From an uncultured Clostridia bacterium (lineage in GTDB: Bacteria; Bacillota; Clostridia; TANB77; CAG-465): a stretch of DNA of 64,000 bases. Each line of letters begins with the position of its first letter. Position 1 is the first letter of the stretch. The notes under the pieces were generated by a model, which had not been told where the DNA came from, searched no databases, and saw nothing but the letters and a program-made list of their open reading frames with translations. This document shows positions 21,246 to 31,374 of the stretch, in pieces. The position numbers and the translations under genes are program-made. The stretch is from assembly GCA_934130325.1 (NCBI GenBank), contig CAKOYA010000004.1:3477-67476 (forward strand). Reading direction: 5' to 3'.

Positions 21246-23063
21246 GTGAATATTTTGGCGTATTATTCAGAAGATTTAATTGAAGAAGTAATATCACAAA
21301 ATGATATTGTTGAGGTTATATCTGAATATGTAGCTTTAAAGAAAAGTGGCAGAAATTTTATGGGATTGTGCCCTTTTCATCGTGAAAAAACACCTTCTTT
21401 TTGTGTATCTATGGACAAGCAAATATATAAATGTTTTGGATGTTCAGAAGGCGGAAATGTGATTTCATTTATTATGAAATTAGAAAATCTAGATTTTTGG
21501 GATAGTGTAGAGTTTTTAGCTGAAAGAGCACATATAAATTTAGAAAGATATGAAGTAAAAAGTAAATTTTTAAATAATAAAGCGCAAGAAGAAAAGAAGA
21601 GTTTAAAAGATACTTTGTTTAACATTAATAAGGAAGTTGGAAAGTATTATTTTAATAATTTAATAGAAGAGTTAAAATCTCCTTCAAGTAGGGTAAAAGA
21701 TTATGTTGAAAAAAGGAAATTTAGTATAGATATAATTAAAAAATTCGGAATAGGATATGCAACAGGTAATGTCCCATTGTATGACCATTTAATAAAATTA
21801 GGTTTTTCAAAGCAGGATATTCTTAAGTCTGGTATAATAATGCAAAATGAAAAGGGAAAAATATATGATAGATTTTTCAATAGGCTAATGTTCCCTATAT
21901 TTGATGTAAGAGATAGAATAATTGCTTTTGGTGGTAGAGTTCTTGATAATAGTTTACCTAAATACGTCAATTCACCTGAAAATGATATATATATAAAAGG
22001 TAAAAATTTATATTGCTTGAATTTTGCTAAAAGAGAAAAATTAGAAAATATAATTATTGTTGAAGGATATATGGATGCTATAGCATTGCAAAAGTCTGGA
22101 TTTACTAATGCTGTTGCATCACTTGGTACAGCATTAACTGAGAATCAGGCTAGACTTATAAAAAAATATACTGATAATGTTATAATTGGGTATGATCAAG
22201 ATGGTGCAGGCCAAGAAGCAACTTTAAGAGGACTTGACATTCTTGTTTCTAAAGGTTTGAAGGTCAAAGTTCTTGTATTAGACAAGTCTGATGTTAAAGA
22301 TCCTGATGAATATATAAATAAGTATGGTAAAGAAAGATTTAGTAAGTGTATAGAAAATAGTATTTCTCTTGTAGAATTTAAGGTGGCTAAGTTAGAGAAG
22401 AATTTAAAAGAAAATGATATAGATTCTAAAATCTCTTTCTTAACCAATGTGGCAAGTATTTTAGCAAATATTGAGAATACTATTGAAAGAGAGGTATACA
22501 TAGATAAAATAGCTAAAAAATATAATATGGGAGCGTCATCGATTTTAAATGAAGTTGAAAAGAGAATAAAAAAAGTTGATGGTAGTCAAGTAATAATAGA
22601 TATGCAGAGTCTAAATAGAAAAATGCAGTTAATAACAAATATTAGGAAACGTCAGGAACAATACATAATAGCTTTGATACTTACAAAAGATAAAAAAATA
22701 CAAAATGAAATTTTTGACAATGTAAAATTAGAAGATATAAATGATGAAAATGTTAAGAGTGTTTATGATTTTATTATAAATCTTAAAAATGAGTATGATA
22801 TAAATAAAATAGACATTTTATCAAAAGTAAAAGATGAAGAATTAATGAAAGAATTAACAGAAATTATGTATTTAGATATGTTAAATGTTGATAAAAATAA
22901 ATTGTTAAATGACGTATTAAAAAATAAAATTACGGAAAAACTATATCTAAGAAGAGATGAAATAATTAAAAGACTTGATGAGAATATATCAAAAGATGAA
23001 CAGGATATTTTGAAACTTGAATTAAATCAAATTATATTAGAATTATCAAAATTAAAAAAATAA
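21246..23063 (+). CDS. dnaG: DNA primase
   Basis: Zinc-finger motif CPFHREKTPSF...CFGC and the TOPRIM EGYMD motif. TTG 21255 is a better-spaced alternative start, 8 nt after GGAAGG. Confidence 0.95.
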   Translation: MNILAYYSEDLIEEVISQNDIVEVISEYVALKKSGRNFMGLCPFHREKTPSFCVSMDKQIYKCFGCSEGGNVISFIMKLENLDFWDSVEFLAERAHINLERYEVKSKFLNNKAQEEKKSLKDTLFNINKEVGKYYFNNLIEELKSPSSRVKDYVEKRKFSIDIIKKFGIGYATGNVPLYDHLIKLGFSKQDILKSGIIMQNEKGKIYDRFFNRLMFPIFDVRDRIIAFGGRVLDNSLPKYVNSPENDIYIKGKNLYCLNFAKREKLENIIIVEGYMDAIALQKSGFTNAVASLGTALTENQARLIKKYTDNVIIGYDQDGAGQEATLRGLDILVSKGLKVKVLVLDKSDVKDPDEYINKYGKERFSKCIENSISLVEFKVAKLEKNLKENDIDSKISFLTNVASILANIENTIEREVYIDKIAKKYNMGASSILNEVEKRIKKVDGSQVIIDMQSLNRKMQLITNIRKRQEQYIIALILTKDKKIQNEIFDNVKLEDINDENVKSVYDFIINLKNEYDINKIDILSKVKDEELMKELTEIMYLDMLNVDKNKLLNDVLKNKITEKLYLRRDEIIKRLDENISKDEQDILKLELNQIILELSKLKK

Positions 23064-23085
23064 ATTTATGTAAAGGAGTTTTCAA

Positions 23086-24378
23086 ATGGATAATAAATCA
23101 AAATCTGTAAAAGAAGTAAAAAAAGATGATAAAAAATTTACTGAAGAACAAAGAAAAAAAGTTAAAGAATTTGTAAAGAAAGCAATTGATAATAATAGCG
23201 TTACATATAAAGAAATGGCTGATTTTGTTGAAAGCCAAAATTTTAGTCCAGAGCAAACATCAAAAATTTATGATGAACTTTCAAAGGCAAATTTAAATAT
23301 AATATTAGATTCTGAAAAGGAAAAAAATAAAAAAGAAAATTTGGATTTATTAGCCGGATTTCCACAGGAAGTTGAAGATGGTAAATTAAATGAAGCTGAT
23401 GTGGATGTAGATAAAATTCCAAATGAAGATGTAACTACTATGGCTGAACTTGATATTGAGCCAAATTTAGAAGACATTACTGAAATTGAAAAAGACATTT
23501 TACTAGATGATATGAAAGATATGAGTTTTGTTGAAAATATTAATGTTGATGATCCGGTAAAAATGTTCTTAAAAGAAATAGGTAAAATTCCACTTTTAAC
23601 ATATGAACAAGAAAATGAACTTGCTGAAAGAATGGTAAATGGTGATGCTGAAGCTAAAAAACAATTAATTGAATCAAATTTGAGACTTGTAGTAAGTATT
23701 GCTAAAAAATATATTGGTAGAGGAATGCACTTTCTTGATTTGATACAAGAGGGAAATTTAGGATTAATAAAAGCAGTAGATAAATTTGATCAATCCAAAG
23801 GATATAAATTTAGTACATATGCAACTTGGTGGATAAGACAAGCAATTACAAGAGCTATTGCAGACCAAGCTAGAACTATAAGAATACCTGTTCATATGGT
23901 TGAAACTATTAATAAGTTAATAAGAACTTCAAGACATTTGTTGCAAACTTTAGGTAGAGAACCTACTCCAGAAGAAATAGCTGCAGAGTTGGAGATGCCT
24001 GTAGAAAAAGTAAGAGAGGTATTAAAAGTTGCACAAGAACCTATTTCGCTAGAAACTCCAGTTGGTGAGGAAGAAGAAAGTAATCTTGGAAACTTTATAC
24101 CAGATGATGATGCGCCATCTCCTTCTGAGCAGGCAGCCGATGTTCTTTTGAGGGAACATATAGAAGAGGTAATGTCTACTCTTACTCCAAGGGAGGCAAA
24201 AGTTCTTAAGTTGAGGTTTGGTCTACAAGATGGAAGAATGAGAACACTAGAAGAAGTGGGACGTGAATTTATGGTAACTCGTGAAAGAATTAGACAAATA
24301 GAAGCAAAAGCATTAAGAAAATTAAGACATCCAAGTAGAAGCAAGAGATTAAAAGATTTTATGAATTCTGATGGATAG
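23086..24378 (+). CDS. rpoD: RNA polymerase primary sigma factor (sigma-A / RpoD)
   Basis: Region 2.4 [12 protein letters not shown] and region 4.2 [27 protein letters not shown], with an acidic N-terminal extension. Confidence 0.97.
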   Translation: MDNKSKSVKEVKKDDKKFTEEQRKKVKEFVKKAIDNNSVTYKEMADFVESQNFSPEQTSKIYDELSKANLNIILDSEKEKNKKENLDLLAGFPQEVEDGKLNEADVDVDKIPNEDVTTMAELDIEPNLEDITEIEKDILLDDMKDMSFVENINVDDPVKMFLKEIGKIPLLTYEQENELAERMVNGDAEAKKQLIESNLRLVVSIAKKYIGRGMHFLDLIQEGNLGLIKAVDKFDQSKGYKFSTYATWWIRQAITRAIADQARTIRIPVHMVETINKLIRTSRHLLQTLGREPTPEEIAAELEMPVEKVREVLKVAQEPISLETPVGEEEESNLGNFIPDDDAPSPSEQAADVLLREHIEEVMSTLTPREAKVLKLRFGLQDGRMRTLEEVGREFMVTRERIRQIEAKALRKLRHPSRSKRLKDFMNSDG

Positions 24379-24388
24379 TTAATAAAAA

Positions 24389-24421
24389 ATTGAAATGATT
24401 TTAATCATTTCAATTTTTTTA
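24389..24421 (+). terminator. Rho-independent terminator after rpoD
   Basis: ATTGAAATGATT (24389-24400) pairs with AATCATTTCAAT (24403-24414), followed by a T7 run. Confidence 0.8.
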
Positions 24422-24473
24422 TTGACAAATTATATTTAATATGCTAATATATGAACATGTGAACAATTATTCA
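24422..24473 (+). promoter_or_regulatory. Promoter with an overlapping ArsR/SmtB-type operator
   Basis: TTGACA (24422-24427), a 17-nt spacer, then TAATAT (24445-24450). TGAACAATTATTCA (24460-24473) fits the TGAACAnnTATTCA core of the SmtB/CzrA 12-2-12 operators. An extra TGAACA half-site lies at 24452-24457. Confidence 0.7.
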
Positions 24474-24502
24474 TGTATTTTGAAAGGAGGCATATAATAA
24501 TT

Positions 24503-24808
24503 ATGAATATTCCTACAGAAGAAACTATTATAGAATTAGCTGATACTTTTAAGGTATTTTCAGATAGTTCAAGAATTAAAATATTGTATAGCATAATGGA
24601 AAATAGTTTATGTGTGTGTGATATAGCAGAGAAGATATCAATGACTCATTCTGCAGTTTCCCACCAGTTAAAGATATTAAAACAAGCTAGACTTGTAAAA
24701 TCTGAAAAGAAAGGTAAAGAAGTATATTATTCTTTAGACGATGAGCATATTGAAAAAATATTAAGTGTAGTAGAACAGCATATAGAGGAGGAAAAATATG
24801 GAAAATAA
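24503..24808 (+). CDS. ArsR/SmtB-family metal-responsive repressor
   Basis: FKVFSDSSRIKIL...LCVCDIAEKISMTHSAVSHQLKILK, which carries the CVC metal site and the HTH. ATG 24503 follows AAAGGAGG. The track start at 24473 would lie inside the operator. Confidence 0.88.
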   Translation: MNIPTEETIIELADTFKVFSDSSRIKILYSIMENSLCVCDIAEKISMTHSAVSHQLKILKQARLVKSEKKGKEVYYSLDDEHIEKILSVVEQHIEEEKYGK

Positions 24809-26675
24809 GTGTTCTTGTAAAGGTCATGTACATGAAGAAAAAGAAAATTCAAAATTGGAATTTATAACTACAATATTAGGCATAATAGTATTTGTTAGTG
24901 CAATTTTTTGCAATAAATTAAACTATAATTTTTCACTAATATTATATGTTATTAGTTATATGTTAATAGGATATGAAGTTTTATATGATGCTATAAAAAA
25001 TATATTAAATAAGGAACTATTTGATGAAAATTTTTTAATGACTATAGCAACTATTGGAGCTTTTGCAATAGGTGAATACACAGAAGCTATTTCTGTTATA
25101 TTACTATATAAAATAGGTGAATTCCTACAAGATAAGGCTGCCGAAAATTCAAGAAGAAAAATTTCTGAAGCCGTAGATATACGTTTAAATATTGCATGGA
25201 TTAAAACTCCTGAAGGAATAAAGAAAATCGATGCGAAAGAGTTAAAAGTTGGTGATGAAATAGTAGTAAAAACTGGTGAAAAAATTCCTGTAGATTGCGT
25301 ATTAATTAGTGATATAGCTAAACTTGATATGTCATCATTAACTGGTGAGAGCAAGGTTGTAACATGTAATAAAAAAGATCAGATTTTGTCTGGTAGTTTA
25401 AATAAAGGTGGAATTATAACTTTAAAAGTAAATAAAACGTTTGAAAACTCTGCAGTTTCAAAAATAATGGAATTAATAGAAAATTCAGTAGAAAAAAAAT
25501 CAAACACTGAAAAGTTTATAACAAGATTTGCTAAAATATATACACCAATAGTTACATTTTTGGCAGTAGTAATAGCATTATTACCATTAGTATTTGAAAT
25601 TTCATTTTCTGAAAGTTTACATAGAGCATTTTCATTTCTAGTTATTTCTTGTCCATGTGCACTAGTTATATCAGTACCACTTGGATTTTTCGTTGGGATT
25701 GGTGCTAGTTCAAAAAAAGGGATTTTAGTAAAGGGAAGTAATTATTTAGATATCTTATCTGATACAAAGACTATAGTGTTTGATAAAACTGGTACATTAA
25801 CTAAAGGTGTTTTTGATATATCTAAAATTGTTTCAGTAGACAAAATGTCTAAAGATGGGATATTGAAAATGGTGGCATTATGCGAACAATTTTCAAACCA
25901 TTATATAGCAAAATCAATATTAAAAAATTATCCTAGTGATATAGATAGTAAATTAGTCACAAAACATGAAGAAATAGCTGGAAAAGGAATAATTTCAACT
26001 ATTGATGAAAAAGAAGTCATAGTCGGAAATGCAAATTTATTAAATGAAAATGGTGTAGATTTTAAAAATGTGAATGAGAATGGTACAATTGTATATTTAG
26101 CTATAAATGGTAAATTTGAAGGGTATGTTGTACTTTCTGATATTATAAAAGATGAATCAAAAAAATTAATAGAAAAATTGTATAAAAGTGGAATTAAAAG
26201 ATGTGTTATGCTTACTGGAGATAGTGAAAAAATAGCAGCTGCAGTAGCAAATGAACTTGGCATAACTGAAGTACATTCAAAGCTTTTACCGGAAGAGAAA
26301 TTAACAGAATTAGAAAAAATAAAAAAAGAAGAACCAAATCAAAAAGTTGCCTTTGTTGGTGATGGAATAAATGATGCACCTGTTTTAGCAGCTGCAGATA
26401 TCGGTATATCTATGGGAAAAGGTTCAGATCTTGCTATTGAAACTTCTGATGTAGTATTAATAAACGATAATCCTGAAAAGATAATTGATGCTATAAAGAT
26501 TTCAAGAAGAACTAAAGGTATAGTAAAACAAAACATTATATTTGCAATAATAGTGAAAGTACTATTTTTAGTGCTTAGTGGATTTGGTATAACTTCTATG
26601 TGGTTTGCAATATTTGCAGATGTTGGAGTGGCTATAATTACAATAATTAATTCTATAAGAATATTTAGATATTAA
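24798..26675 (+). CDS. Heavy-metal (Cd/Zn/Co-type, P1B) translocating P-type ATPase
   Basis: SCPCAL (CPC) motif, FDKTGTLT and GDGINDAP, with a short Cys/His-rich N-terminus (CSCKGHVHEE) in place of an HMA domain. It overlaps the repressor gene by 11 nt. Confidence 0.9.
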   Translation: MENKCSCKGHVHEEKENSKLEFITTILGIIVFVSAIFCNKLNYNFSLILYVISYMLIGYEVLYDAIKNILNKELFDENFLMTIATIGAFAIGEYTEAISVILLYKIGEFLQDKAAENSRRKISEAVDIRLNIAWIKTPEGIKKIDAKELKVGDEIVVKTGEKIPVDCVLISDIAKLDMSSLTGESKVVTCNKKDQILSGSLNKGGIITLKVNKTFENSAVSKIMELIENSVEKKSNTEKFITRFAKIYTPIVTFLAVVIALLPLVFEISFSESLHRAFSFLVISCPCALVISVPLGFFVGIGASSKKGILVKGSNYLDILSDTKTIVFDKTGTLTKGVFDISKIVSVDKMSKDGILKMVALCEQFSNHYIAKSILKNYPSDIDSKLVTKHEEIAGKGIISTIDEKEVIVGNANLLNENGVDFKNVNENGTIVYLAINGKFEGYVVLSDIIKDESKKLIEKLYKSGIKRCVMLTGDSEKIAAAVANELGITEVHSKLLPEEKLTELEKIKKEEPNQKVAFVGDGINDAPVLAAADIGISMGKGSDLAIETSDVVLINDNPEKIIDAIKISRRTKGIVKQNIIFAIIVKVLFLVLSGFGITSMWFAIFADVGVAIITIINSIRIFRY

Positions 26676-26690
26676 AATTTAATGAAAAGG

Positions 26691-26727
26691 TAGAACATTG
26701 TATTAAAAAAAATGTTCTACTTTTTTG
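26691..26727 (+). terminator. Rho-independent terminator
   Basis: GTAGAACATT (26691-26700) pairs with AATGTTCTAC (26712-26721), followed by a T6 run. Confidence 0.8.
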
Positions 26728-26772
26728 TATATAAATTGAAAATTTTGGTAAATAATATTTTTAGGTGGTAAA

Positions 26773-27465
26773 ATGCTATATATAATTCTATTTGTATTGA
26801 TTATAATGCTTCTTTTATTTGTGCCCTCAAGATTAAAAATTAAATATTTTGTTGATACAAATTTTGATAAAAACAAAAAAAATGAGACTATTAATATTGA
26901 TAATTACATTGATAATTACATTGATATATATATATTATACTTTATTAAAATAAAAAGAATTAATTTACAAGATAAGGAAAATGTAAATAGTACGAAGAAT
27001 AAAAAAAATAAGAAAAATAAATCTAGTATTATTATAACACTAGATATAATATCAAAGTTTTTATTAGAACTACTAAACATAAAAAAGATGGATGAAGTTT
27101 TAATTACAAAAAAAGAATTAAAAAATGTATTAGGTAATTTATATTTTGAAAAATTAAGTATAAATTTAGGAATAAATTTAAAAGATGTAATATTAAATGC
27201 ATATGCAATTTCTTTATTAAATTCTGCTATAAATATGTATTTTGCCAGAAATGCTAATAAGATTAGTTTAGAAAATTCAAAATATTATACATGTATTTCA
27301 AATAATATCTTAAATGTAGATTTAGAAAGTATAATAAGGTTTAGTTTAGTAAATACTATAACTGTAATACTAAAGATTTTGCTAAGGTATAGAAAGGTGG
27401 TAAAGGAAAATGGAAACACAACATCCAATAGAAAGTTTAATGATGACAGCTATGACTTCACTTGA
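26773..27465 (+). CDS. DUF2953/YtfI-like sporulation-associated membrane protein
   Basis: N-terminal TM helix, low-complexity N/K-rich middle region, and position directly upstream of (and overlapping) a ytfJ homolog, as in Bacillus ytfI-ytfJ. Confidence 0.5.
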   Translation: MLYIILFVLIIMLLLFVPSRLKIKYFVDTNFDKNKKNETINIDNYIDNYIDIYILYFIKIKRINLQDKENVNSTKNKKNKKNKSSIIITLDIISKFLLELLNIKKMDEVLITKKELKNVLGNLYFEKLSINLGINLKDVILNAYAISLLNSAINMYFARNANKISLENSKYYTCISNNILNVDLESIIRFSLVNTITVILKILLRYRKVVKENGNTTSNRKFNDDSYDFT

Positions 27466-27883
27466 AAATATGGTAGATGTTAATACTATCATAGGAGATA
27501 TGCTAACAGCACCAGATGGAACTGTCATAATACCTGTGTCTAAAGTTTGTTTTGGGTTTGCAGCAGGTGGTAGTGAATTTAATACAAATAAATTAAATAA
27601 GTATTCGGAAAGTGCAAAATTACCTTTTGGAGGAGGTAGTGGAGCTGGAGTGCATATTTCTCCAATGGCTTTTTTAGTAGTAAAGGATGGTTCTACTAGA
27701 TTAATGACATTAAATGGAACAAGTCCCGTAGATAAATTAATTGATTTAGTACCTGATGTAGTTGAAAAAGCAAATGATTTTTTAAATAAGTCATTAGAAA
27801 ATCCTAAGAAAGCGTTAAAAGAAAATAGTTCAAAAAAATCTGAAGAAAGTCCTGATGATGTTGAAGATTGGCATAAGAGTTAA
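27410..27883 (+). CDS. ytfJ: Sporulation protein YtfJ (GerW family)
   Basis: HPIESLMMTAM.SLENMVDVNTIIGD...PDGTVIIPVSKV.FGFAAGGSEF is the conserved YtfJ/GerW core. Confidence 0.85.
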   Translation: METQHPIESLMMTAMTSLENMVDVNTIIGDMLTAPDGTVIIPVSKVCFGFAAGGSEFNTNKLNKYSESAKLPFGGGSGAGVHISPMAFLVVKDGSTRLMTLNGTSPVDKLIDLVPDVVEKANDFLNKSLENPKKALKENSSKKSEESPDDVEDWHKS

Positions 27884-27885
27884 GA

Positions 27886-27925
27886 TAAAAAAATATCTCG
27901 GTTAGTTACCGAGATATTTTTTTTA
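27886..27925. terminator. Bidirectional terminator
   Basis: ATATCTCGG (27893-27901) pairs with CCGAGATAT (27909-27917), flanked by an A-run and a T-run. Confidence 0.8.
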
Positions 27926-28265
27926 TATGGAGTTTCTTTTTCATTATTTTAAACAATCCATTCAATATTCTTGCTGAAGTGGACATTACCCATACTTGGA
28001 AAATCAGCATAATCATTTTCCCTAGGAATGGTAAGTTATACAATAATCTTGTATAACAGTTTAAATCTCCAAAAGCAAGTCTTTCCATATGTACTTGGTC
28101 TGCCAATGTTTGACAACCCATATACATGTATTCTCCATATTCTAACCGGTAGCTTGCAATTATAAGAAGTGTTATAATTGTTGCAATACTAGCAATAAGT
28201 GCTGCTACCGTAAATGTTAATATAAGAAATCTCCGCCAAAAATAATTTTTTTTCATAAAAAACAT
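27906..28265 (-). CDS. Hypothetical small membrane protein
   Basis: 119 aa with two or three hydrophobic segments. No recognisable family. Confidence 0.45.
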   Translation of the reverse strand: MFFMKKNYFWRRFLILTFTVAALIASIATIITLLIIASYRLEYGEYMYMGCQTLADQVHMERLAFGDLNCYTRLLYNLPFLGKMIMLIFQVWVMSTSARILNGLFKIMKKKLHIKKISR

Positions 28266-28419
28266 CTCCTTAATTAAAAATCGAATTCATATCGTTTACA
28301 TAAATATATTATACCACAAAATTTTATAAAAGTCAAATTTATATAAAAGATGCCTATTTAAATAGTGTTGTAATTAAGTAATATTTATGATACAATATAT
28401 AAAAAATGGAGGTATTAAT

Positions 28420-29058
28420 ATGAAGATAGCACTTATTAATGAAAATAGTCAAGCATCTAAAAATGCATTAATATATAAATCCTTAAAAAATGTAGCAGAT
28501 GAAAAAGGCTATGAAGTTATAAATTTTGGTATGTTTTCTGATAATGATAAAAACTCTATAACATATGTACAAGCAGGTATACTTGCAGCAATATTGTTAA
28601 ATTCTAATGTGGTGGATTATGTAGTTACAGGGTGTGGAACAGGAGAAGGAGCAATGCTTGCTGCTAATTCATTTCCAAATGTTATATGCGGTCATATAGT
28701 TGATCCATCTGATGCATATATGTTTTCCCAAATAAACAATGGGAATGCAATAGCAATTCCATTTGCTAAAGGATTTGGCTGGGGAGCAGAATTAAATTTA
28801 GAATATATATTTGAAAAATTGTTTTGTGAAGAAAGTGGAAAAGGGTATCCTAAAGAAAGAGCAATACCAGAACAAATGAATAAGAAAATTTTAGATGAAG
28901 TAAAAAATGTAACATATGTTGATTTTTTAACTATTTTAAAAAATTTGGATAAAGAACTTTTGAAAGGTTCAATTAGTTCTGATATATTCAAAGAGTATTT
29001 TTTTAAAAATTGTAAGAATAACGAAATATGTGAATATTTAAAAAGTATACTTGAGTAA
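28420..29058 (+). CDS. RpiB/LacA/LacB-family sugar-phosphate isomerase (long form)
   Basis: MKIALINE...TGCGTGEGAMLAANSF..V.C fits the RpiB/LacAB fold pattern. ATG 28420 follows GGAGG. Confidence 0.7.
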   Translation: MKIALINENSQASKNALIYKSLKNVADEKGYEVINFGMFSDNDKNSITYVQAGILAAILLNSNVVDYVVTGCGTGEGAMLAANSFPNVICGHIVDPSDAYMFSQINNGNAIAIPFAKGFGWGAELNLEYIFEKLFCEESGKGYPKERAIPEQMNKKILDEVKNVTYVDFLTILKNLDKELLKGSISSDIFKEYFFKNCKNNEICEYLKSILE

Positions 29059-29072
29059 AGAGGTGTAAGAAT

Positions 29073-30788
29073 ATGGAAGAAATGAATTCATTAAAAGATA
29101 TTATTAATATTAAGTGTGATATGTATAAAGATAGAGTAGCTTTTTTAGAAAAGGACTCAAAACATAAAGAATATCAAGAAATTAAATATTCTAAAGTAAA
29201 AGAAGATGTAAATGGACTTGGAACAGTGATGCTTGAAAAACTGAAATTAAAGAATAAAAAAGTAGCAGTAATAGGCGAAAATAGTTATAGATGGTATGTT
29301 ACATACATGGCAGTTGTGTGTGGAGTTGGTATTATAGTTCCATTAGATAAAGAATTACCAGCTAATGAAATAGTAAATTTATTAAAAAGATCAGAAGCAA
29401 GTTGTATTGTATATTCAAGTAGAAAAAAGGACCTAATTGAAGAGGTAAAGAAAGATTTGCCTAAAAGTACTATATACATAGAAATGAATAAGGAAGAAAA
29501 TGAAAAAGGCGTATATGCATTAGATAAATTAATTGAAGAAGGTAAAGAGTTAGTTGACACTGGAAATCATAGATATATAGAAACTGAAATCGATAGAGAA
29601 GAGTTTAGAATTCTATTATTTACATCGGGTACAACAGCAGCTCCTAAAGGAGTAATGTTAAGTCACAAAAATATATGTGCAAATACAGTTGCTTGTTATT
29701 GTTTAGTACCCAAAATGCACGATTATACATATCTTTCAGTGCTTCCTATGCATCATACTTATGAATTTTCATTAGTGTATATTTATGGTACAAGTTGTGG
29801 AGCAAAAATTGCAATAGCTGAGGGACTTAAATCAATAGTAAAAAACATGAAAGAAACAAAGCCAGATTGTCTTTTTGCAGTTCCAGCTTTAATAGAAAAA
29901 ATTAACAAAAATATAGAAAAAGCAATAAGAGAAACTGGTAAGGAAAATATGATAAAAGCTTTGAGTAAGGTAACTAATGGATTAAGTAAAGTTGGACTAG
30001 ATTTTAGACGTAAGGTATTTAAAAAAGTTCAAGAAACATTTGGAGGAAATCTTAAACATATTTTCTGTGGTGCGGCCCCTATAGATATTGAAATTATAAA
30101 AAAGATGGAATCTTATGGATTTTGGTTTTATCAAGGGTATGGTATAACTGAGGCATCACCACTTATTGCTGGTACATCTTTTGACAATAGAGTAGCTGGA
30201 ACAGTTGGAAAACCTGTACATGGAGTAGAGGTTAGAATTGATCTTAGTGACAATAAAGATGAAAATAGCAATGTTGGAGAAATAATTGCTAAAGGTGATA
30301 ATATAATGATAGGTTATTATCAAGACGAGCAAAAAACTAAAGAGGTTTTGAAGAAGGGATGGTTTTATACTGGAGACGTAGGATATTTTGATTTACAAGG
30401 AAACTTAGTAGTTTCTGGAAGAACTAAGAATGTTATAGTAACTTCAAATGGTAAAAATATATTCCCAGAGGAGATAGAATTTGAAATAAATAAAATACCG
30501 CTTGTTGAAGATTCTATGGTTTATGGCAAAAAAGATCCTAAACATAAAAATGAGTTGATAGTTACTGCTAAAGTTACATTAGATGAAGAATATATAAAAG
30601 AGTTATATAAAGATAATAGACCTAGTGAAGATGAAATAAGAGAAATAATATGGAACGATATAAAAGCAATAAATAGAAGAATGGTTTCATATAAAGCAGT
30701 AAAATCATTTGAAATAAAAAAAGAGCCATTTGTAAAAACTACAACAATGAAAATTAAGAGATTTGAAGAGATAAAAAAAGATAAATAA
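29073..30788 (+). CDS. AMP-dependent long-chain acyl-CoA synthetase/ligase
   Basis: AMP-binding signatures FTSGTTAAPKGVMLSH, YGITE and TGDVG...GR.K. Confidence 0.88.
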   Translation: MEEMNSLKDIINIKCDMYKDRVAFLEKDSKHKEYQEIKYSKVKEDVNGLGTVMLEKLKLKNKKVAVIGENSYRWYVTYMAVVCGVGIIVPLDKELPANEIVNLLKRSEASCIVYSSRKKDLIEEVKKDLPKSTIYIEMNKEENEKGVYALDKLIEEGKELVDTGNHRYIETEIDREEFRILLFTSGTTAAPKGVMLSHKNICANTVACYCLVPKMHDYTYLSVLPMHHTYEFSLVYIYGTSCGAKIAIAEGLKSIVKNMKETKPDCLFAVPALIEKINKNIEKAIRETGKENMIKALSKVTNGLSKVGLDFRRKVFKKVQETFGGNLKHIFCGAAPIDIEIIKKMESYGFWFYQGYGITEASPLIAGTSFDNRVAGTVGKPVHGVEVRIDLSDNKDENSNVGEIIAKGDNIMIGYYQDEQKTKEVLKKGWFYTGDVGYFDLQGNLVVSGRTKNVIVTSNGKNIFPEEIEFEINKIPLVEDSMVYGKKDPKHKNELIVTAKVTLDEEYIKELYKDNRPSEDEIREIIWNDIKAINRRMVSYKAVKSFEIKKEPFVKTTTMKIKRFEEIKKDK

Positions 30789-30791
30789 TAG

Positions 30792-30824
30792 ATACCTCAC
30801 ACAAATATGTGTGAGGTATTTTTA
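30792..30824. terminator. Bidirectional terminator
   Basis: ATACCTCACAC (30792-30802) pairs with GTGTGAGGTAT (30809-30819), followed by TTTTT. Confidence 0.8.
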
Positions 30825-31193
30825 GTGCTCAATTGCTTTGACTATAAACTGGATCAATCTTCCTTTTTTGGCTACGTAAGGATTATTGACAGTTATTTTA
30901 AACATGTCCCTTACAGGAAAAAGCATTAGATTGTTATCTGATAATTCTCTTGAGTTTACATTTGAATTATTTTCGTAAGAAAATCCAAATGAATCAATAA
31001 TATCTGATTCCTTTGCTTCTAAGTAAATCGAGGTATTAGAGAGTTTTTGCTCATCATCTTTTATTAACTTTACCACCAAGGATAGTTTCTCAGGTGCGTC
31101 CTCTCCTGTAAAGTCAAATAAAACTCTAGTTCTATTTTTTTCCTCAAAAACTACTCTTGTTCTTTTGTTTGCCGCTCCAATTAATAACTTCAT
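30822..31193 (-). CDS. Hypothetical protein
   Basis: 123-aa ORF with host-like composition. No motif recognised. Confidence 0.4.
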   Translation of the reverse strand: MKLLIGAANKRTRVVFEEKNRTRVLFDFTGEDAPEKLSLVVKLIKDDEQKLSNTSIYLEAKESDIIDSFGFSYENNSNVNSRELSDNNLMLFPVRDMFKITVNNPYVAKKGRLIQFIVKAIEH

Positions 31194-31374
31194 AAAGTAT
31201 CATTCCTTTCAACTAATCAGTTAAACAATAGTATATATTTTTTATACTAATATTATAACATATTATGGAGTTAAAGTCAAATATTATGTAAATTAATATA
31301 GGCATAACTAAATATATTACAAAATATATAGACTTTTATGAAAAAATTTAGTATAATAACGATAGGTGATAAAG

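Noticed and set aside
23892-24344. 150-aa ORF antisense to rpoD
   Set aside because: It is a shadow ORF opposite the most conserved part of sigma-A (regions 3-4). Its composition is Ser/Leu-rich nonsense.
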